DNA from: Pseudomonadota bacterium | Lineage (GTDB): Bacteria; Bdellovibrionota_G; JALEGL01; DATDPG01 | Length of the DNA stretch: 11,963 nt | Reading direction: 5' to 3' | Assembly (NCBI GenBank): GCA_043804515.1 | Contig: JAZDIZ010000030.1 | Coordinates: 1 to 11,963 of the forward strand | Shown: one piece after another, positions 7,857 to 11,963 of the stretch | Layout of the letters: every line of letters begins with the position of its first letter | How positions within the stretch are numbered: position 1 is the stretch's first letter | Position numbers and translations under genes: made by a program | Notes under the pieces: generated by a model | The model's database searches: none | What the model was told of the DNA's origin: nothing | What the model saw: the letters and a program-made list of their open reading frames with translations, nothing else

Positions 7857-8435
7857 CTAACGCTTCTCGATATCGGTTAACTTCCTCTCGATCGAATCGA
7901 GCTTTGTCACGAGCGTGGAAATGCTCTTCTCGATGTCATCGAGGTGCGTCATCTCACGCAGCGCGGAAGTGACGCGCTCGCCGACGTACTGCTCCAGGTC
8001 GGTGCGGGCCCTTTCGGGGCTGTCCAGCACCTCTTTGAGCAGGCTCTTGCCTTCCACTTTGCTGAGTTCTCCGCGGGTGACGAGGCGGTCGATGTACCGC
8101 TCGGCTTCAACATGCTTGCCCTGCTCGCTATCCACGCCGAGGAGGACGTATCGTTGGATAAAGTCGAACAGCGAGCCTTGGCCCCGCTGGATGATGTCGC
8201 GCAGCATGGTAAGCGGGAGAATCGACTTGTTGGCTTTCTCCTGATCCACGAGAATCTGCGTCAGGATGATCGATGTGACATCCGCTTTCGTGCGGTTGTC
8301 GATCACCTGGACGTCCTCGCCCTTCTTAATGAGCGAGGCGATTTCGTCCAGCGTGATGTAACAACTGTCCTTCGTGTCGTACAGCTTCCGGTTCTGATAT
8401 TTCTTGATGATCCGCGATCCCTTGTCTCCCAGCAT
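7857..8435 (-). CDS. phaR: Polyhydroxyalkanoate synthesis regulator PhaR-family DNA-binding protein with a phasin-like C-terminal region
   Basis: RIIKKYQNRKLYDTKDSCYITLDEIASLIKKGEDVQVIDNRTKADVTSIILTQIL matches the PhaR N-terminal domain. ATG at 8435 follows GGAGGA, so it is preferred over the ORF-track start at 8456. Confidence 0.85.
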   Translation of the reverse strand: MLGDKGSRIIKKYQNRKLYDTKDSCYITLDEIASLIKKGEDVQVIDNRTKADVTSIILTQILVDQEKANKSILPLTMLRDIIQRGQGSLFDFIQRYVLLGVDSEQGKHVEAERYIDRLVTRGELSKVEGKSLLKEVLDSPERARTDLEQYVGERVTSALREMTHLDDIEKSISTLVTKLDSIERKLTDIEKR

Positions 8436-8558
8436 ATGTCCTCCGAACTCAGTCATTTCAATCGTTTATGACGTCGCCCATCCCCGGCGATGTACAGGGC
8501 CAGATAACACAACGCGTTACCCAGATCAAGCCCCATCATGCCGGATGATGCAAGTGTG

Positions 8559-8954
8559 TCAAGAATTATCTCTTTTTAACGCGGGGGGGTTATCGGAAAC
8601 CCCCAACAGTCGCCGGATTACGGCGTTTCTGCGCTGCAAATCGAATCCAAGTAGGCCTAACAAAAGGAAAAATCCTACAAATGCCGCGAAGACAATAAAC
8701 ACGATGAGGGAGTCGTAGACGAACGCCATGGTTTGATACAGCTCCCGTCCGGAGCCATGCGCCCACCGCTCGAAGATCAGCGCGAAACGAACATTTCGCG
8801 CCAGCACCGAGTGGAAGACCCCAAAATAAACCACGGTGAGCGCGATACCGATGAGGGCGTAGACGCTCCAGAAGACGAGTTTTCGGCGCCGGTATCGGGG
8901 ATCCCGAACGTCCTTAAGAACGATGTTCTCGTAGCGGGAAAGAAAACCGCTCAT
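8559..8954 (-). CDS. Hypothetical small membrane protein with two predicted TM helices
   Basis: 131 aa with two hydrophobic segments (LVFWSVYALIGIALTVVYFGVF; LIVFIVFAAFVGFFLLLGLLGF) flanked by basic residues. The start overlaps the ridA stop (ATGA). Confidence 0.7.
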   Translation of the reverse strand: MSGFLSRYENIVLKDVRDPRYRRRKLVFWSVYALIGIALTVVYFGVFHSVLARNVRFALIFERWAHGSGRELYQTMAFVYDSLIVFIVFAAFVGFFLLLGLLGFDLQRRNAVIRRLLGVSDNPPALKRDNS

Positions 8955-9337
8955 TCCCGGATCGCGGCAACGAGTTCTATTTCGACTCGTGCCCCTTTGG
9001 GAAGCGCCGCCACGGCGACGGTGGAACGGGCCGGCTTCGTCTCGGCGAAGTATTCGGCGTAAATCTCATTGAGCGCCGGAAAGTCTTCCATCGACGCGAG
9101 AAAAACCGTGGTTTTCACGACGTCCCGGAACGTAAGCCCGGCCGCCGTGAGAACGGCTTTCAGATTCTCGAGCACCCGGCGCGTTTGAACCTTGATGTCG
9201 CCGGCCACGAGGGCTCCGGTCGCCGGGTCGAGAGGAATCTGCCCCGCCGTGAAAAGATATCCGTCGTGCACGATGCCCTGAGAATAAGGCCCGATGGCTT
9301 TGGGCGCGTGCGGTGTTTCGATGACCTTGTGTCTCAT
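8951..9337 (-). CDS. ridA: RidA/YjgF/YER057c/UK114 family reactive intermediate (enamine/imine) deaminase
   Basis: APKAIGPYSQG, AGQIPLDP, VVKTTVFL, PARSTVAVAALPKGARVEIE, including the catalytic Arg of PARS. Confidence 0.95.
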   Translation of the reverse strand: MRHKVIETPHAPKAIGPYSQGIVHDGYLFTAGQIPLDPATGALVAGDIKVQTRRVLENLKAVLTAAGLTFRDVVKTTVFLASMEDFPALNEIYAEYFAETKPARSTVAVAALPKGARVEIELVAAIRE

Positions 9338-9338
9338 C

Positions 9339-9878
9339 TCACGTCACTGGAGGAGATTCCGCATCTATGAACCCCAGATACGGAAGGTTTCTCTGGTACT
9401 CCACGTCGTCCAAACCGTACCCGACGATGAACCGGTCGTCGATGGAGAAGCCCAGGTAGTCCACGGGAATCGGGTAGAGGAGCCGGGACGGCTTTAGGAG
9501 GAGAGAGCAGAGCTTGATCGAAGCCGGCTTTCGGAGCCGGAGGTTCTCCATGAGGTAGCGGATCGTGAGCCCCGTGTCCACGATGTCCTCGATCAGAAGA
9601 ACGTGCTTTCCGGCGATCGGCGCGGAAAGGTCCAGCGTGATCTTCACAACACCCGACGAAAGGGTGCCCGCGCCGTAACTCGAAGCCCCCAGAAAATCGA
9701 TCTGAAGGGGGAGCTGGATCTCTCGAATGAGGTCGGCGAAAAACAGGATCGAGCCCTTCAGGACGCCGACGCAAAGAAGCTCCTTGCCCCGGTAGTCGCG
9801 GACGATCGCCTCGCCGAGCTCCTTCACCCGTTTGTGGATTTGCTCCGGCGTGATCAGGACGGTCGGTTCTTGCGTCAT
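9339..9878 (-). CDS. hpt: Hypoxanthine phosphoribosyltransferase
   Basis: The true start is ATG at 9878 (ATGA overlap with the upstream stop). Motifs VGVLKGSILFFADL, SSYG, VLLIEDIVDTGLT, LLLKP and FIVGYGLD...RNLPY. Confidence 0.96.
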   Translation of the reverse strand: MTQEPTVLITPEQIHKRVKELGEAIVRDYRGKELLCVGVLKGSILFFADLIREIQLPLQIDFLGASSYGAGTLSSGVVKITLDLSAPIAGKHVLLIEDIVDTGLTIRYLMENLRLRKPASIKLCSLLLKPSRLLYPIPVDYLGFSIDDRFIVGYGLDDVEYQRNLPYLGFIDAESPPVT

Positions 9879-10690
9879 ACGAACGAATTGTTCGAGATCT
9901 CCCCGAACCCTCCCGCTCCCGGAACGATGTAATCCTGTTTGTTCAACCCCTTTTCCTCGGCGGGGAATTCGCCCGGCAAGCTGTCCAGGGCCTTGGGAGC
10001 CGAAAAACCCCGATCCAGCCGGAGCGTCAGTATCGTGAAATCGGGATGTTCCTTTTTGATCCGGAGGACGTATTCCGGCGTGACGATCAGGTTCAACGAG
10101 ATCCAGCACCGCGCCTTCCCTTTCACGTGCTTTTCGTAATGTTCCATCACGTTCAGAAGAGAGCTTCCCGTGGCCCCCATCGGATCGGGGACCACCACTA
10201 TGGCGTCGTCCAAAGGACCCCCGATCTTCGTTCCGTGAATCGGAGCGCCCGTGACCCGATGATCTTTGTCGGTTTCCCGATTGATGAATACGTGATCCAC
10301 GCGCACGGAGGCCTGGTTCAGGACGGCCGTGAAAAGATCGAACAACTCGACCGACGGCATCATCCCCGCCCGTGCCAGGTCCACGATCACGACCTTGGTG
10401 TCGGGCGCGATCGCCTCGCCCTCGAAGATCGCCTCCTTGGGGTGCTGCTCCGCCATCCGGGTCGGCAGCCGGAGCGTTGCGCGGGGAAACACGTGATTCG
10501 CGAGATAGGCGCCCAGGCTCCGGTAGATGTCGCGGATGAGGCGGTTGGTTTCCGGTTGGACGCATTCGGGGCTTGAGAGCCGCGCCAGCCGGGTGATGAG
10601 ATAGGGATCGTTGATGAGGTGCACGCCGGGGCCGTACCGGTGCTTGCGCTCGCTGAGCGTGAAGGCGATTTTACGGTATTGCGAATCCAT
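9875..10690 (-). CDS. Divergent uracil phosphoribosyltransferase-like protein (type I PRTase)
   Basis: LARAGM (compare ILRAG), PRPP loop VVVPDPMGATGSS (compare DPMLATGGS), and C-terminal GLNKQDYIVPGAGGFGE (compare GLNEHGYIIPGLGDAGD). Located in a salvage cluster. At 271 aa it is longer than canonical Upp. Confidence 0.8.
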   Translation of the reverse strand: MDSQYRKIAFTLSERKHRYGPGVHLINDPYLITRLARLSSPECVQPETNRLIRDIYRSLGAYLANHVFPRATLRLPTRMAEQHPKEAIFEGEAIAPDTKVVIVDLARAGMMPSVELFDLFTAVLNQASVRVDHVFINRETDKDHRVTGAPIHGTKIGGPLDDAIVVVPDPMGATGSSLLNVMEHYEKHVKGKARCWISLNLIVTPEYVLRIKKEHPDFTILTLRLDRGFSAPKALDSLPGEFPAEEKGLNKQDYIVPGAGGFGEISNNSFV

Positions 10691-10826
10691 GCGGCGACAT
10701 CATAGTGCCTTAAAAAAGGAGCGCAAACATTGCATTCCGTCCGGCTCCAACGACCGTGCATCGAGTCGGGCGGCGTGGACCGATGCCTTCGCCTCGGCTG
10801 CGATGGAAAGCCGGTCGGTCCGAAAA

Positions 10827-10920
10827 GGACGTGGTCGCCTCGCTTTACGCAGCTCGGCGCCACTCGGCGCTCAACGGCCGTAGTTATTGGATGCATGGAG
10901 ACGGCCGTTTCCGGCACGCC
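10827..10920. repeat. Copy 2 of the ~95-nt conserved structured intergenic element
   Basis: Hairpin A: GTGG-T-CGCC-TC-GCT[TTACGC]AGC-TC-GGCG-CCAC (10831-10863). Hairpin B: AACGGCCGT(10873-10881)/ACGGCCGTT(10901-10909). Same orientation as copy 1, closed by CGAAAAGG(10821-10828)/CCTTTTCG(10919-10926). Confidence 0.85.
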
Positions 10921-11068
10921 TTTTCGTCCCGCCCGCCTTCCCCTCGCAGCAAGGATTTCCCGGCCCACGCCGCTCATAAAGGACCGTCTTATTACCTGAA
11001 GGCAACACCATGTCGCCGCCACGGCACATACGATGATGCTTTCTTCCCAGGAGAAGAGAAGAAGGGGC

Positions 11069-11461
11069 CTAGAGTTTGAAGGGGTTGGGGAGGAGTTGCT
11101 CGATCGTTACGTGCTTCACGTCGCCGTTCCGCTTGGCCATATAAACGTCCATTTTCGGATTGAATTCGAACAGCCTTTGCCGGCAAGTGCCGCAAGGGAA
11201 GACGAAATCCTTCTCGGGTCCCACTACGGCGATGGCTTTGAACTTGAGCTTGCCGGAAGAGATCGCGTTCCCGATCGCCGTTCCCTCGGCGCACACGGTG
11301 GCTGTGGGCGCGGCGTTCTCGACGTTGCATCCGGCGAAAATTCTGCCGTCTTTCGTAAGAACGGCGGCCCCTACGGGAAAACGGAAATACGGCGTGTAGG
11401 CGTGCTCCCGGACTTTCCAGGCTTCTTCGATGAGCTTCTTGATTTCAGGCGCGAGGTTCAT
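11069..11461 (-). CDS. cdd: Cytidine deaminase (homotetrameric, three-Cys type)
   Basis: 130 aa with AYTPYFRFPVGAA, GCNVENA, CAE and PCGTCRQ motifs (the latter two carry the zinc-ligand cysteines). Confidence 0.95.
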   Translation of the reverse strand: MNLAPEIKKLIEEAWKVREHAYTPYFRFPVGAAVLTKDGRIFAGCNVENAAPTATVCAEGTAIGNAISSGKLKFKAIAVVGPEKDFVFPCGTCRQRLFEFNPKMDVYMAKRNGDVKHVTIEQLLPNPFKL

Positions 11462-11963
11462 AGGTAGTGATCCACTCCGTGAGCAGCGTCGCGAACGACG
11501 GCGCGGCTCTACGGGTATTTTCGAGGACTTCCTCGTGCGTGATCGGCTCCGACGCCAAACCCAGCACGCCTGCGGCGTGGTTCGTGACGCAGGAGAGCCC
11601 CAAGACCTTCATGCCGTGGTGCCGGGCCACGATCACCTCCGGCACCGTGGACATTCCGATCACGTCGGCGCCCATTGTGGCCAGCATCTTGATTTCCGCC
11701 GGCGTCTCGTACGAGGGGCCTGGCACGGCGGCGTACACACCTTCCGGAAGCGGGATCCGGTTCTTTCGGGCGATGGATTTTGCAAGGGCACGGCCGTCTT
11801 CGTCGTACGCCTCCGTCATGTCCAGGAACCGGGGTCCGAATTCGTCCAGATTCAGGCCGGCAAGCGGATTGGCACCGAGCAGATTGATGTGATCCTTGAT
11901 AAGGAGGATGCCGCCGGGACGAAGATCATTCCGGATCGCGCCCGCGGCGTTGGTGACAACCAG
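11445..11963 (-). CDS. punA: Purine nucleoside phosphorylase (trimeric PunA/XapA type), 5'-truncated by the window edge
   Basis: Frame is open from 11963: LVVTNAAGAI...DHINLLGANPL...GPRFLDMTEAYD...GPSYETPAEI...GADVIGMSTVPEVIVARH...LSCVTN...HEEV. It overlaps the cdd start by 17 nt. Confidence 0.93.
   Translation of the reverse strand: MVVTNAAGAIRNDLRPGGILLIKDHINLLGANPLAGLNLDEFGPRFLDMTEAYDEDGRALAKSIARKNRIPLPEGVYAAVPGPSYETPAEIKMLATMGADVIGMSTVPEVIVARHHGMKVLGLSCVTNHAAGVLGLASEPITHEEVLENTRRAAPSFATLLTEWITTYEPRA

Noticed and set aside
9879..10565. Apparent 229-aa N-terminal extension of Hpt in the 408-aa ORF
   Set aside because: It is an alternative frame of the upp-like gene with Arg/Gly/Pro-rich shadow composition; Hpt homology starts at ATG 9878.
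10827..10920. Element as group II intron domains V-VI (hairpin followed by a bulged-A hairpin on the minus strand), hammerhead ribozyme or retron ncRNA
   Set aside because: No domain V upper helix, AY bulge or GNRA loop. No CUGAnGA core, and GAAAC is GAAGC in copy 1. No reverse transcriptase in the window.
1388..10920. The two repeats as CRISPR repeats, attC sites or ends of one composite mobile element
   Set aside because: Only two copies 9.4 kb apart, no spacer array or cas genes, no RYYYAAC/GTTRRRY boxes, and the intervening DNA holds housekeeping genes with no recombinase.

Overview
GC-rich bacterial chromosomal segment. The gene content suggests a Gram-negative, delta-proteobacteria-like organism (inference only). 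Plus strand: the 3' part of glmS, then a lipoprotein with an invasin-type Ig domain and a 7-blade RCC1/BLIP-II-like propeller. Minus strand, in transcription order: a nucleoside/nucleobase salvage cluster (partial purine nucleoside phosphorylase, cdd, a divergent uracil phosphoribosyltransferase-like gene, hpt, ridA, a small membrane protein), then phaR, then two outer-membrane genes (a COG4313/Phenol_MetA-like barrel and a zinc-peptidase + PD40 propeller + Omp85-like barrel protein). The most unusual signal is non-coding. A ~95-nt element occurs twice, 9.4 kb apart (1388-1482 just after glmS; 10827-10920 between cdd and the upp-like gene). The copies match at 78 of 96 aligned columns, and four base pairs covary across two hairpins. 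Each copy sits on a long imperfect closing stem whose sequence differs between copies. I do not recognise it as a known RNA family; it is a candidate novel structured ncRNA or dispersed mobile RNA/ssDNA element.
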